Shown: positions 49,616 to 62,863, counted from the stretch's first letter. The stretch: DNA of 64,000 bases from Geosiphon pyriformis uo1 (GCA_016748015.1 JAAOMT010000595.1:128282-192281); one strand, 5' to 3'. The notes: generated by a model not told the origin, from the sequence alone. Translations and numbers: made by a program.

Positions 49616-50809
49616 TCTTTTTCTTCTATGTTTAAAATTTTCCAAAGAGTATATTTTAAGAAAAAAATTTTTGTTTTATACTTTATAATTTTCCAAAAAA
49701 CTAATCTATTTACTATTAAATTGGCTATTATTATAAGTAGTTTTACAACTAAAAAAAGGTTTTTCAAAGTTTTGATTTTAAGTTTAGTTAGTAAAAACTT
49801 AATTTAAAAAGCATCTTTTGGCAAAGTTAAACATTTGAGTAATAAAACAGATTTGAGTTTTGGTGAGTTAAAATACATTATTGATTAGTTTGCTAGAATA
49901 AATACAGATAAAAATACATTTAAGGTAATCTCTTTAAATAATAATAATAGTTATAAAGCAAGTGATAAAAATAAAACACAATTTAATTCTAAAATAAATA
50001 CTTTTAAAGCCAAATAAATTTATATTGGTGCTGTTTTTAGTTTTCTAATCAGTTTTATTAACTATAATATAGATAATAATAAGATTTTTCTCTCTTTTTG
50101 TCTCTTTATTTCTCTTGACAAGAAATAAATTGACTTAAAAAATATTAAAACTTAGATAAAAATACTTGTAAAAAAATTTTTTGATTTGAATATTAATTTT
50201 TTAGCAGTAGATAACAAATTAGCAATGACAAAAACTTAAATTATTAAGAAAATTTTTTCAAAAGTTAATAGTTTTAGAAGAGCTATTATCTTCTCAAAAT
50301 TTTAAAAAATTATTAAATTAATATTTACATTTAAGAAAAATTTGAATAAAATTGCATTATTAACTGAAAAAAATAAAATCAAAATAAACAGTAATCTTAA
50401 GAAACAAAAAATGTATTCAAATTGGGCTGTGATAATTAAAAAAATTCTTATAAATATGTCAAAAAAAATGATTATTGTCACAATAACTAAATTTAGATAA
50501 ATTGTGTTAATTTAATTACAATTAATTGAATTGTAATAGAAAACTGTAATAGAGTTTACTAAATTGAGTTAAGCTAATTAGTTAGTATCAAAATAGTTAT
50601 TTTTAATAAAAAAAAACTCAGTACACATAACTAAGACTGTTAAAAATTATAATACATAAATGTTTAAAAATTAATTAAGATGTTTTTGTTTATTTTGCCA
50701 ATAGAAACAACTGTTTATAATCTTGGTATTTTGTTAAAAAAAACTGGTTAAAAAACTTTTATTATTAATTATTTATTTGAAATTGGTAATAAAGTTCATT
50801 ATATTGTGG

Positions 50810-51793
50810 TGTTATCGGAGGTTTTTGGTCTCTTTTCTTAATTGTTGTTGATGCCTGTTTGCTGTGAATTCACGTTTTCTGAATGTGGTTGAACCTCCAG
50901 TAACTGAATTTATCTTCAAATTATCTTCTATAATTTGAACTGCTGGGCTTATAAGTGGAATGGCCAATTTCTTGCCAGTTACTTTATGTAGTTACATTGT
51001 AGTAAACGTTAACTCTTTCCCAAGAATTGCTCGTCCAAAAGCTCACTAAAAATGTGTAGTTACTTTGCTGTGAAAGTCAACTCTTCTATAAGAATCTCGT
51101 CTGTAGGCTACCCTAATGATTGTAATCAGAAAATAAAAAAAGTATAAAAAAAATGTAAAAGAAATAGAATTCTGTCGAGGGAAATGTTTTCTATCCAGGC
51201 CTGGAGTCACTAACAGTTTACTGAAATTGGTAGCTAATCAATTTCAAAATGTTAGTTGGGTTTTTGGGGATTTTCCAAGTACAATAATTAAAGAATTTGG
51301 TTTTTTGAATTATTTGATATTTATTTCTTTTTGTGTGTATAGGAACGGTTTTAAGAGATAAATCTAAAGTAAGATATATTTTCTTGAAAAGAGAAGCTCT
51401 TCTTTTATACAACTTGTCATAACACTATTCTATGTACTTGAACTTTGCTATTTTCTATAATTTCACTGAACTAAAGATACATTTCGGCGAACTACAAGTT
51501 ATTTCTGCGAACAATTAGATATTTTGGCAAATTATCAATTATTTCGGCAAATTTCTTACAAATTTTGGCAAACTTTTTGAATGTTACATAGTTCGGGGTA
51601 TTGCATAATTGATCATCACAATTAGGTTACATTTGTGTTATGTACAAATTGGGTTATTAATTAAATGATAATTTTGGATATATTTTGCTAATGTAATAAG
51701 TAATAATTTGAAATGATAATATATGCTAATTAATGATAAGATTTATAAGGGTAATTTCATGCTAAACAATATCTCTAATTTCATCTGGTAACA
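50810..51793 (-). repeat. 3' LTR of element E
   Basis: Direct repeat of 59691-60653. Confidence 0.95.
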
Positions 51794-51804
51794 TAACCTC
51801 CTCC

Positions 51805-52481
51805 TTAAGACTGAGCTCCATCGAAGTCCAAGTACTGTCTGTAATTTCCAGATAATAATCCAAAATTATTGAAGAAATTTGGTCTGAAAATTGTTGAAAT
51901 TTCAGTTCTGTGAGCTTTCTGATGTATTGAATCTTCAAAGGTTGTAAAATTGGGTTTTGTAGGACGTTTTCACAGGTGTAGAATAGGTCATAAAGTCTAA
52001 GAGCAGCTCTTAGTTTATAGTGACTGTTTGTAGGTTCAGCTGTTGTTTTGAATTCATTGTGGAGTTGTTTTTGAATAGCTTTTTTTGTGAGGTTTGCTGC
52101 TGTAAGCTCTCATTTTCATTCGTGAAGTGTTTTTCCAATGTAGAAATATCTATATATTGGAGTATAGTTATGGTTTTCTTCATTAAGACACAGTTGAAGT
52201 TTTTGTTAAATAGTAGCATTTGGTGGAATACTAATAGGAGTGAACATTAAATTTTCTCTTAAAGCAAACTTTAAAAGTTCTGGCAGGTGAATTCCAGAAT
52301 AACTTCTTGTGTTCTTCTTATATGGGTAATATTTTCGTGAATTTGGGGCTAAATTTGTGACTACTTCTGTTTGGATATAATTAATGTGGTTTCCAGTAAC
52401 AGTAATAGATAATTCGGGTATTGTTTTTAAAGCTAACATTAGTTTTTGGGATAATTGTTGAATGTTTTGAGAAATAGTCAT
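51805..52481 (-). pseudogene. Gypsy E ORF3 (frameshifted, ends DFDGAQS*)
   Basis: MTISQNIQQLSQKLM..LSITVTGNHINY; C-terminal RAALRLYDLF..IRKLTELKFQQF. Confidence 0.7.
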
Positions 52482-52598
52482 TATAAAAGATTTGAAAATA
52501 AAAGAAAATTATTTTTGGTATATGAGTTTTTATGTTATTTTTGTTTTTGTGAGATTGTTTCTAAATTATAATAATATAGCTATAATGATAAATTTAAA

Positions 52599-53982
52599 TT
52601 AAGTATTCAAGTTGGGAGGTTGTTCAATAACAACTATTGGTTCTAAATTCCAGGGAATATCTTTGGGATTGATTAAAGGAGAATGTGTGCCAATTTGTAG
52701 AATTAATGGTTCAGAGTTGTTTCTGGAATTATAGTGTTTCAAATAATCTCCATGTGCAACTTTTACTAGGATTTTGTTATCAAGTCTTAGCTTGTATGAT
52801 CTGTTGTCTAGAATTTCATGGATAAAGAATGGTCTATCCCATTTATTTTCAAATTTTCCACTCCATTGTTTTTCAGCTTTACTTCTGTGTAAGAGAACTT
52901 TATTTCCAACTTTAAATTTGTTAATAATAGGTGGTAATTTGTTGTCATGTTTTTCTTTTTGTTGAGCTTAAAAATGTTCAATATGAGTTGCTGCTATTTG
53001 TCGTTTTCCTTCCAATGTGCTAAGCAGAGTGTAGGCTCTTTATTGTAGTGTTTCCTGGAAATTGTTTTTATTGATTGGTTGTGCTGGGTATGTTTCCACT
53101 ATAAAACTAATTGGTAATGTTGCTGTCCTTCCATAAGTTAAATCAAATGGTGTGTTTTGTGGTATCTTGTTTTAGCATTCTATATGCTAGTAACACTAAT
53201 AGAATAAAAATATTCCACTCTTGTTCAAAATCAGTTGAGACTTTGGCTAAAGACTCACACAATGTTTTGTTAAAACATTCCACAAGTCTGTTTGTTTGTG
53301 GATGATAGGGCAAAAACAGAAGCCTTTTGACATTGAATTGTTCACAAATTTTTTGTATCAGGTTGTTCACAAAGTGTGTTCTTTGATCAGATAAAAGTTC
53401 TATTGGGCATTTATGTCTACAAATGATGTCTTTGTAGATGAAATTTGTTACTGATTTTGCATCTGCTTGTTGAATGGCTCTGGCTTCAGGCCATTTGGTG
53501 AGATAGTCTACAGCTACTGCAATATAACAGTTTCCTTGGTTTGTGATAGGAAGTGGTCTGACTAAATTGATACCAACTCAGTCAAAAGGCTGTCCAATTT
53601 TGATTGGGTTTAATGGTTCAGTAAGGCATGTTCCTCCTCTTTTTTTGACAACTATCACAAGATTTGACATATTCGTGAATGTTTTTCTCATTTGAGGCCA
53701 AAAGTAATATTCTAGTGTTCTTTGGGTGGTGCTGTCTTTTCTGAAGTGTGCTGATGAAGGATCTGAGTACATGTTGTATAATATAGTCTCTTTTTTTTGT
53801 TCTTGTATTAATCTGAGTGGTTTGTCTGGGTTTTTGAAATTTTGATAATAAATAATGTTGTTGTGTAGAAAATATTGTTTGGCTTGTTGTTGTAGTCGAT
53901 GTTTTTCATCTGGAGACCAATCTGTTGGGATTGTTAATGTTTCCAAATATTGCTTGAGATTTTTGTAGTTTTTTGAATTCAT
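52599..53982 (-). pseudogene. Gypsy E integrase (stand-alone ORF2)
   Basis: MNSKNYKNLKQYL start, SAHF, GQPFD.VGI, DYLTKWPEA, YHPQTN. Confidence 0.9.
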
Positions 53983-54033
53983 TGTTTGTTGGCTGTTTTG
54001 GTTGATTAAGTTGAGTGTTGGTTTTTGTGTTTT

Positions 54034-57000
54034 CTAATCTTGTCTTATTCTGGAGAGACAGTCAACATTGGTGTGGAGTTTTTCTGGTTTGTAATGTACT
54101 ATGTATTGATAGTTTGCTAGAAATCCTGTTCATCAGGTTTGTTTTGCGTTTAGCTAAGTATTTTTGTTCTGAAGCCATTTGAGTCCAATATTATCAGTGA
54201 TAATATCGAATTCCTTTGGCTGAAGATAAAGGTTAAAATAATGTAGGGCCCAAATTACAGCTGCTGTTTCCAATTCAGTGGCAGGATAATTTTTTTCAGC
54301 TGGTTTTAATGTTCTGCTAGCATAGGCAATTACTTGCTCGTTTTTATTGTCATCCAATTGTGATAGGATAGCACCAAAGGCAGTATAAGAGGCATCTGTT
54401 GCTAATCAGAATTGGTTGCCAAAATCTGGGTAGACGAGAATTGAAGCTGTGGTTAGTTTTTCTTTGAGGATTTCAAATGCATTTTGGTGTTCAGCAGTCC
54501 ATTTGTATTCGACGTTTTTGGTGGTAAGCTGGTTGAGAGGTTTTGCAATTTCTGAGAATTCTTTAATAAACTTCTGATAATAGGAGACTAACCCTATAAA
54601 TCCTCTTAGTTCTGTAGTGTTTCGAAGAATTTTGAAGTTTTTGACAGCACTGATTTTTCCAGGGTCCAGTTTGATTCCATTTTTACTAACAATATGACCA
54701 AGAAAGGCCAAGTTTGTTTTTTCAAAGTAGCATTTTTCAATGTTGAGTTTTAGTCCTGCTTTTCATAATCATTGAAAAACTTCTCACAGGTGTTTTAAGT
54801 ATAATTCGAATAATGGAGAATAAACATCAGTATTATTAAGATAAATAACTACTGACTTCCAAAGGAGTCCTTGGTACACAACATCCATTAATCTCTGAAA
54901 CATTGCTGGTGCATTGCATAATCTGAAAGACATTACATTGAACTTGTAATTTCCACCTTGGGTAGTGAATGCTGTTTTGGGGTGATCTTTGGGATCCATA
55001 GCAACTTGCCAGTAACCACTTTCTAAATCTAGTGTTGAAAAGTATTTGGATTTTCCAAGGGCATCTAACATGTTATTAATTCGGGGAAGGGAGTAGGTAT
55101 CTCCAATTGTAATGCTGTTGAGTTGTTGATAGTCAACACAAAATTGTATTTTTCCATTTTTCTTTTTAACTAGCACTACAGGTAAAGCTCAAGGACTTAT
55201 GGAGAGTTGAATAAACCTGTTGTTAAGCATTTGTTGTACTTCTTCTTGGATGAATTGGTGGCTTTCTGGAGCAACTTGGTAGGCTTGTTGTTGCTTTGGT
55301 TTGGCATCTTCTGTGTAGATTTAATGTTGAACCAAATTGGTTTTTCCTAAGTCATTGTTGTTTTTGGCAAAAATATCAGTAAATTCTACAATTAGCTCTT
55401 TGAGCTGGTTTTGTTGTTGTGGTTCAAGTTGTCCCATGTTAATTCGAGATAGTTTTTCTATGACAACATGATAGTTTTCAGAGCTGGGGTTTGGGTTGAT
55501 TTTTGGTAGTAAATGTCCAATAATTTCAGAGAAATCAGGGACTGTTTGGGGTAATTTTTGTTGAAATATATTACTGTGAATAACTCCAATTTCTAAATTA
55601 TTTAACAAAACTATGGGGTAATTGTTGGGATTGTAAAAAGTAACTTGGACTTTTTTTGTTCCTTCTGGAATATAAATGTTTGGGATTGAAATATTATGTT
55701 CCAAGCAGACTTGTTCATTGGACTCAAAAATTTGTTGTGTGGTTGTTGGCTTTGGGCAGGTGTAGATTTCCAGATGTTCTCCAAAGGGTAAGATAGTAAT
55801 TGATTGTGGAAGTCTGAAAATCTGGTGGAATTTGTTCTGTGTATTAAGAGCTATATTAACTAGAACTGTAAACCGTCCAGTTGAACCAAAACCTTGAATT
55901 CCTTTTTCACTTTTTCCTAATTGTTCTCTTTGATTGACTAGTTGCAAACCCGAAATGTTGATTAGGGGTAGGTAAATAGCTTGGGCAATTTTTTCAGCAT
56001 GTTTGATCTTGAATGGTTTGTCAGTTTCATTTTAAAGCATCACTATAATGTTTCCAGTATATTCAGCATCAATTATTCTTCCTCTGACATTGATTTCTTT
56101 GCTTGCCAGAGAAGACTGAAAGGCAATTTGAACTATTGCTCCTGGTGGGATTTTGAGTGCAATTTTGAGGTTGATTTTTATGAGAAATTTGGGTTTGAGA
56201 ACAAGAGTATCTTTGTCTGAATATCTTAGGTCATATCCAGCATCAATTTTGTGTGCTTTTTTGGGTTTTATTTCTTGTCCATTGTTGTTGAAGTATTTGA
56301 GTTGTAAGGCAGGCTGATTTTCAATGAGATAGATGGGTGTTGTTTTAATTTCTTCTGTTGCTTCAGGTTCTCCAAATTTAATTCATCACTTTTGCTGGAT
56401 AATAGAATGCTAAGGGCATAGCATTTAGGACATCATTGTTCATCACATGGCATTATACACTCCTCACATAATTTAATGTTCATTTGCTCTAATTATTGAA
56501 TTTAAGCTTCTTGGATTAGGTAGATGTGACTTACAATTTGGTGGTATACTTCAACTTCATCTTTATAATTGAATCCAGCTAATTCCAATGTATATTCAAT
56601 ATATTCGGCTTCCTTTATTTGAAAGACATCTTCTTTGGTTCCTCTATTAATTAAGACCATGGCAAGTTTATAGATCATTTCAGCATTATAGGAGTAGTAA
56701 TAGAGTTTGCTAAGGGCACTGTTGTATGTGGCATTGAAAGGTGTTCCATGTTTTACTTTTTCTGCAATAGAAAGAGCATATTGGCAAGTTTGATCACAGA
56801 TTCCTCCTCTAAATGCGACATCAATCCAGTCACATTCATCAGGAAGCTGCTTTCCACAAGTAAGACAAGGTGTTCTATCCCATTTTCCACTTCTTTTGAT
56901 CAAGTGGCCTTATTGTTCTTGATGGCAGGCCTTGCAGTAGTAGCAGATATGACTTTCATATTCTTCCTTAGGTGAAATACAAGCTCCCATTGACAATAGT

Positions 57001-59645
57001 TTCTTGTGGCAGTCCTTACATTTAAGGGAAATATAGGGGCATTGTTTCTTTGGTTCAGGCTTTAAGTAAGAGATATTCCATCCAGGGGTTTCAAGTTCAG
57101 AGTGTGGAGTAAAATGTTCTTGTTCAGTTTCCTCAGCCCAATTGGATGTTGATCCAAGAGCCATGAATGTTTCGATTTTTGGTTTTTTTTCTTCTGGTTC
57201 AAATTCAAAAGCCGGGGCTTTTTCAAAGCATTTGTTGAATGTACTACAAGTGGCAGGTATTCAGGCATGTTGTACTTGATAGAAGATTGTTAACTCTTGT
57301 GTCTCCCAATTCATATTAGTATTGGCTTTTTGGAGCCAATTGTTTCCGACAAGAGCTTAGTATTGAGGAGCATCCATGACCAGAACTTTGACTGGAATGG
57401 TAATTCTGTCAATTGTGAATGGAAAGTTGTCAATCTCTCCTACTGGAGTCTTTTTCATGCCATTGGCAGTAACAATGATTGTCTGAGCTGGTCGGTCAAC
57501 ATTTCTCTTTAGCTGCTGCATCAATTGATATGTAATGATGCTTCCAGCAGATCCATTGTCTAGGATCAAGCAAATTGGCTTTTTTTCTATTTCAGCTTTT
57601 GTGTACATTGCAGTGATGGCTTTTTGCTCATTAGCCGCTGCATTGCTAAGCAAGAATGGTGATTCATTTGCTTTAAATTCAAAAGGAAATATATCTAAAA
57701 GGTTGGCGTTTTCAGCAATTCTGGCTGGTGGGATTGTGGTAGGAATATAGGAAGAGTTTTGTTGTCATGCTGCAGCTCTATTTTCTAAGAATGCAGTATG
57801 ATGAAAATCCTGTTCTTCAGGTATTGTAAGATAGCTAGGTTGAGTATGATAATGGATGGATTTTGGCTAAACTGGATTTTAGGAAATCAATTGGTTGTTC
57901 AAATTGATCCTATTGTTGTTTACTTGGTATTGGTTTTGTGGTGTGAATTGATTTTGTGAAATCAATTTTTGAGCAAGTATTTGATAATGTTGTGTAGGTG
58001 GTTGTTGGTATTGCTGTTGAATTGGCTGTAGGGCAGGCTGATAATAGTTATTTTGGTATTGGAGTCTTGATGGATAGTAAGCTTGTAATGATGGTTGATA
58101 ATAAGATTGCTGTGGTGAAGAGTAATATTGATTACTCCTATTTTGTTGGTTTTGTTATAGCTTTCTGCAATCTTTTTTCCAGTGGCCAGGAGTTCCACAG
58201 TAATGGCAAATCTGAGGCTGGTTATTAGAGGATGATACAAAGTTGTTTTGATTCCGTCTTTGGGATGGTTAATATCTTTGGGGTTGCTGTTGTTGTTGGT
58301 TGGTGAAATAGTTTTTGACTTTCTTTGCAAGTTGGTCAATTTTCTCTTCAGCTGCTAAGCTGGTTTCTCCAATGGCTAAGTTCACAAGTTTTGTATGATT
58401 GGCTTTTTTCATGGCCATTTCATATCTTTTTGTATGCTAAATGGCAGAGTTTAAATCTTCTGGTGCATTTGGGCGAACCTTTTTAATCAGTTTATCCTTT
58501 AAGCCAGTGATAAATTAATCCAAGATTTGAGCATTGGAATAATAATCATTAGTTTCAAGTTGGCAAATTCGTCTGAGAAGTTTGTTGAATTTCCCAATAT
58601 AAGTTATGACAGATTCGGAGGGTTCTTGTTTGATATTGCGAAAACAATTTCGAAGTGTGATTGAGGTGTTGTTATCAGTGAATTGTTCTAAGAATGTAGT
58701 TTTGAAAGCTGTCCAGTTATTAAAAGGGGTGATCAAGTTTTCAAACCATTTGTCTGCAGTTCCTTTGAGAAAATAGGGAATTGTTCTTAACATTTGGGCA
58801 GCATTCCATCCATTTGCATCTCCAGCTTTAGTAACTTGGTTGAGCCATTCTTGGGGACTGGTCTCAATGTCTTCTCCATTGAATTCAGGGATTTTTGCAA
58901 TGTATGCTGTCATTTTGTCTTCTTTGTTTTCACTGTCTATTGATTCTTTTTCAGATATTTCCGAGTCATTTTTTTCGTTCGCTGCTGTCTCAGAGTGTTC
59001 ACTTCGATTTTCAGCTAGAAAGTCAAGGAGATTAGAACTAGTTTGAAGGGGTTCTTGTTGTCTGGTGGGACTTCTGGGTGATGTAAAATTTTCTAGTCTT
59101 GCAAATTGATTTAAGAGTAAATTAGGTGTTTGTGCTTGTGCAAGTAAAGCTAGAAAAGGTGTGATGGTGAGCAGAAGTTTTGAACTGGTTCTTTGTTCAG
59201 GTGTTTGTAAGTGTTTGGCAGTTGTTTTTGGTAGTATTGAAGTATTTGGAGTGGTTTTTGAGTATTGCTTCAGTTTGTGTTTGCCTTTGTTGCTTGTTTC
59301 TGTTTCTGATTCAAAATCAATAGTGTATTGAGACTGCACTAGATATGTTTCTTTACAGTACTTGATAATGTTAAAATTAAGTTCTTGAAAGTAAGTGGCA
59401 AGTGTTTTACTGTTAAGGTTTTCAGTTTCTAACTGTGAATAATGTACTAAATTATTGTAAAGGTTGCTTCTAACTTCTGAGATATTGTAATTTCCAAAAA
59501 GATAATTGTTGATGCAGTTTTCAATATATTGGTATACTGATTTCTTGACAACTTCAATTCTGTCTGGAATGTTGAATCTTTGCTTGCAGTGGGTGTAAAT
59601 TGACTGGTAGTACTCTAGAGTTGTTGCATCTGGTGTGGTCGCCAC
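54034..59645 (-). pseudogene. Gypsy E gag-pro-Cys-rich-dUTPase-RT-RNaseH
   Basis: GTG 59645, capsid MTAYIAK 58913, LILDNGS, dUTPase ~55875-56300 (AGYDL..KGIQGFGSTG), LDLESGYWQ, AYASRTL. Confidence 0.92.
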
Positions 59646-59690
59646 TTTAAATTTGTTGTTGCTGTGTTATTTCCATGAGAGAGCACCAAA

Positions 59691-60653
59691 TGTTACCGGA
59701 GGTTTTTGGTCTCTTTTCTTAATTGTTGTTGATGCCTGTTTGCTGTGAATTCACGTTTTCTGGATGTGGTTGAACCTCCAGTAACTGAATTTATCTTCAA
59801 ATTATCTTTTATAATTTGAACTGCTGGGCTTATAAGTGGAATGGCCAATTCCTTGCCAGTTACTTTATGTAGTTACGTTGTAGTAAACATCAACTCTTTC
59901 CCAGGAATTGCTCATCCAGAAGCTCACTAAAAATGTGTAGTTACTTTGCTGTGAAAGTCAACTCTTCTACAGGAATCTCGTCTGTAGACTACCCTAATGA
60001 TTGTAATCAGAAAATAAAAAAAGTATAAAAGAAATGTAAAAGAAATAGAATTCTGTTGAGAGAAACGTTTTCTATCTAGGTCTGAAGTCACTAACAGTTT
60101 ACTGAAATTGGTAGCTAATCAATTTCGAAATGTTAGTTGGGTTTTTGGGGATTTTCCAAGTACAATAATTAAAAAATTTGGTTTTTCGAATTATTTGATA
60201 TTTATTTCTTTTTGTGTGTATAGGAACGGTTTTAAGAGATAAATCTAAAGTAAGATATATTTTTTCAAAGAGAGAAGCTCTTCTTTTATACAACTTGTCA
60301 TAACACTATTCTATGAACTTGAACTTTGCTATTTTCTATAATTTTGCTGAACTTAAGATACATTTTGGCAAACTACAAGTTATTTCTACGAACTATTAGA
60401 TATTTTGGCAAACTATCAATTATTTTGGCAAACTTTTTGAATGTTACATAGTTCGGGGTATTGCATGATTGATCATTGCAATTAGGTTACATTTGTGTTA
60501 TGTACAAATTGGGTTATTAATTAAATGATAATTTCAGATATATTTTGCTAATGTAATAAGTGATAATTTGAAACAATAATATATGCTAATTAATGATAAG
60601 ATTTATAAGGGTAATTTTATGCTAAACAATATCTCTAATTTCGTCTGGTAACA
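59691..60653 (-). repeat. 5' LTR of element E
   Basis: TGTTAC...GTAACA adjacent to the PBS. Confidence 0.95.
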
Positions 60654-60930
60654 GTGGTTAAATTTGAGTTAGAAAAAAACTTGAAAACTGTTTTTTGTAC
60701 TGAACTGATTTTTGAAAGTGTAAAATTTTTTTGGACCAATTAAGTTTAATTTGTTGTAAAAAATGTGGGTGTTTCGAACATTTTTTTCTTAAATGTAACT
60801 TCTTAAATTCAGCTGTTCCAGTATTGAAAAAAATTTATAAAAAATTTATTTCAGATAAAAATTGTTTTTAACTGGCTCATTTCAATACAAAAAAAAATGT
60901 TTTTATTTTTTATTTAGCTAATTTTAGTAA

Positions 60931-61589
60931 TATTACTTAAGTAAAAAAACCAATCCAAAAAATATTAAAAAACTATAATTAAGAAATGTAATAACTTAAA
61001 AAAATGTAATAATACAGAATAATACATTATAACTTAAAATAATATAAAATAATATACAATAACATAAAATAGTACAAAATAACTAGTTATAATATAAAAT
61101 AATTAGTTATAGTGTAAAAAAACAAAGCAATAACAGAAATAATAAGCAATAATTAGTAATAATAAATGATTAAAAAGTAGTTTTAACAGAATAGAAAAGA
61201 ATAGACAAAGAAACAAAATAGAAAATATATTTTTTTACTCATATCTATTAGATTTACTTTATTTATATATCTATATTATTTTAAATAAAAAAAATATTCA
61301 AAACTCCAAACTTATTTGAATTAATTGTTTTCTTATTTTCATTTTTAGCCAAATATTCTTAGCATAAAATGTCTCAAACAATAACAACTTGGGTTAATCA
61401 CTCTTAATTACAGCAATTGACAATATTATTTTATTTTATTTTTTATTTTTATTTTATTTTATTTTTTATATTTTTTTATAAAGTGGCAATATTGTAAAAT
61501 TGACTGTGTGGAAATAAACTTCATGATAATCTGGTAAAAAAAAAATTCTTTTAGAATTGGATATTAACATTATTTTATTAGTTTATTAG
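60931..61589 (+). mobile_element. Decayed, truncated C-family LTR
   Basis: Aligns to 34312-35107 (10-bp array, GCAATTGACAATA, CTGGTAAAA); cut by the LTR at 61590. Confidence 0.8.
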
Positions 61590-62862
61590 TATTACTTATA
61601 GAAATCAAGAATTATAATAATAGATAAAATAACTAATTAGAAATAGGTGTAATAAAAAAAAATTGCAGGATTTCAGAATTACAGAATTTTAGAATTCTTT
61701 TTTAGAAATTGTAGGATTCCAAAATTCCAGAATTCTAAGATTTTTTTTTAAAAATTTTATTTAACATAAATTATATATATATAGTAAGAGTATTAGAAAC
61801 AGAAAAAGTATTAATAGAGTTCAGATTGGTTCAGAACAATATTACTCTTCCAATTAAAAAATAGTTTTTTATAACTTGAAGTGAAATTATACTTATATTA
61901 TAATTACTTGATTAAATAAATATTAATCACTTTTACACTATTAACATTCTATGTTGATAAAATTCAATACTTAACTACATTAGACTAATAGCTTTTGATT
62001 ATACCTATTAACTAAATACTAATATCTTAGTTTTTTTTTTTTTTTTTTTTGTTGTTTACTAATTGATTAAAGAGATTAAGTGCTAAGTATTTGACATTAA
62101 GAATAGTTTGATAAAAAACTTGAAAACAAAGTAAAAATTTAAAGATAGCTTATCAAAAAGGCATAACTGCCAGAATAAATCAGCCACTATGCTGAAAAAA
62201 AAATTTACAAAAAAAACCATCAATTGAATCTCTGTTTATTATACAAAAAACTCAAACAAAACCTTCAGATCATAAAAATCTTCAGAAATTATTAATATTT
62301 TCAGCTATTAAGCACCAAGTTATGGGTTTGTTATTTGTTTCAACATCCAAATAATTATTTGTAATATTTAGTACTCTCTGTAAAATATAATTTAACAAAA
62401 AACCAGCACCAACAGCAATTATCTAAAAAAATAGCAGAATTAGAAATAACAGAAATAAACCATTTAGAATTTGTTAAATTCTTATTTCAATATTATCAAA
62501 CTTATCTTGGACTAACAAATAATTATTGACCAGCAGAATCAGTTTTCAATTTTTATGTTAACAAAAAAATTAAATCTTACTTAGAAAACCAAGAAGATCC
62601 AAAAGCTGTTCTCAAAAATTTCTACAGTAAATTACTCCAAAGCATCATGCTTTTACAAAATTATATGTTTGCCCCACTAATTACAGAGATAAATCAAAAA
62701 ATTAAGAATTACACCCAACAAAAATTTTTTATTACCTTTGTAAATAAAGAGAAATTACAAATTCCAGCAGAAATACCAAGAAAAATACAACTACTTACTT
62801 GAAAGAAACCAAGAGTTGTTTTATTTATTCACTTGTTATATCATCATATATTAGAAAGTACT
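61590..62862 (+). mobile_element. Truncated Gypsy G: 5' LTR (61590-62366), decayed PBS, and start of gag extension (~62431-62860)
   Basis: Reverse complement of B/D-type LTR. TTTAGTACTCTCTG is a decayed PBS. IAELEITEINHLEFVKFLFQYY..AESVFNFYVN. Confidence 0.85.
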
Positions 62863-62863
62863 G

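Larger units (their letters stand above)
50810..60653 (-). mobile_element. Ty3/Gypsy element E (9.8 kb), structurally complete
   Basis: LTRs 50810-51793 and 59691-60653. Perfect TSD GTGG (50806-50809, 60654-60657). PBS 59671-59688. PPT ~51796-51806. Confidence 0.96.
49620..60930 (+). mobile_element. Decayed LINE ORF1 relic (LINE-2; ~49620-50809 and 60658-60930) split by element E
   Basis: Reads NKVHYIV-VKFELEKNLKTVFCTELIFESVKFFWT across the E insertion; similar to LINE-1 ORF1 including a C..CGCF.H knuckle relic. Confidence 0.7.
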
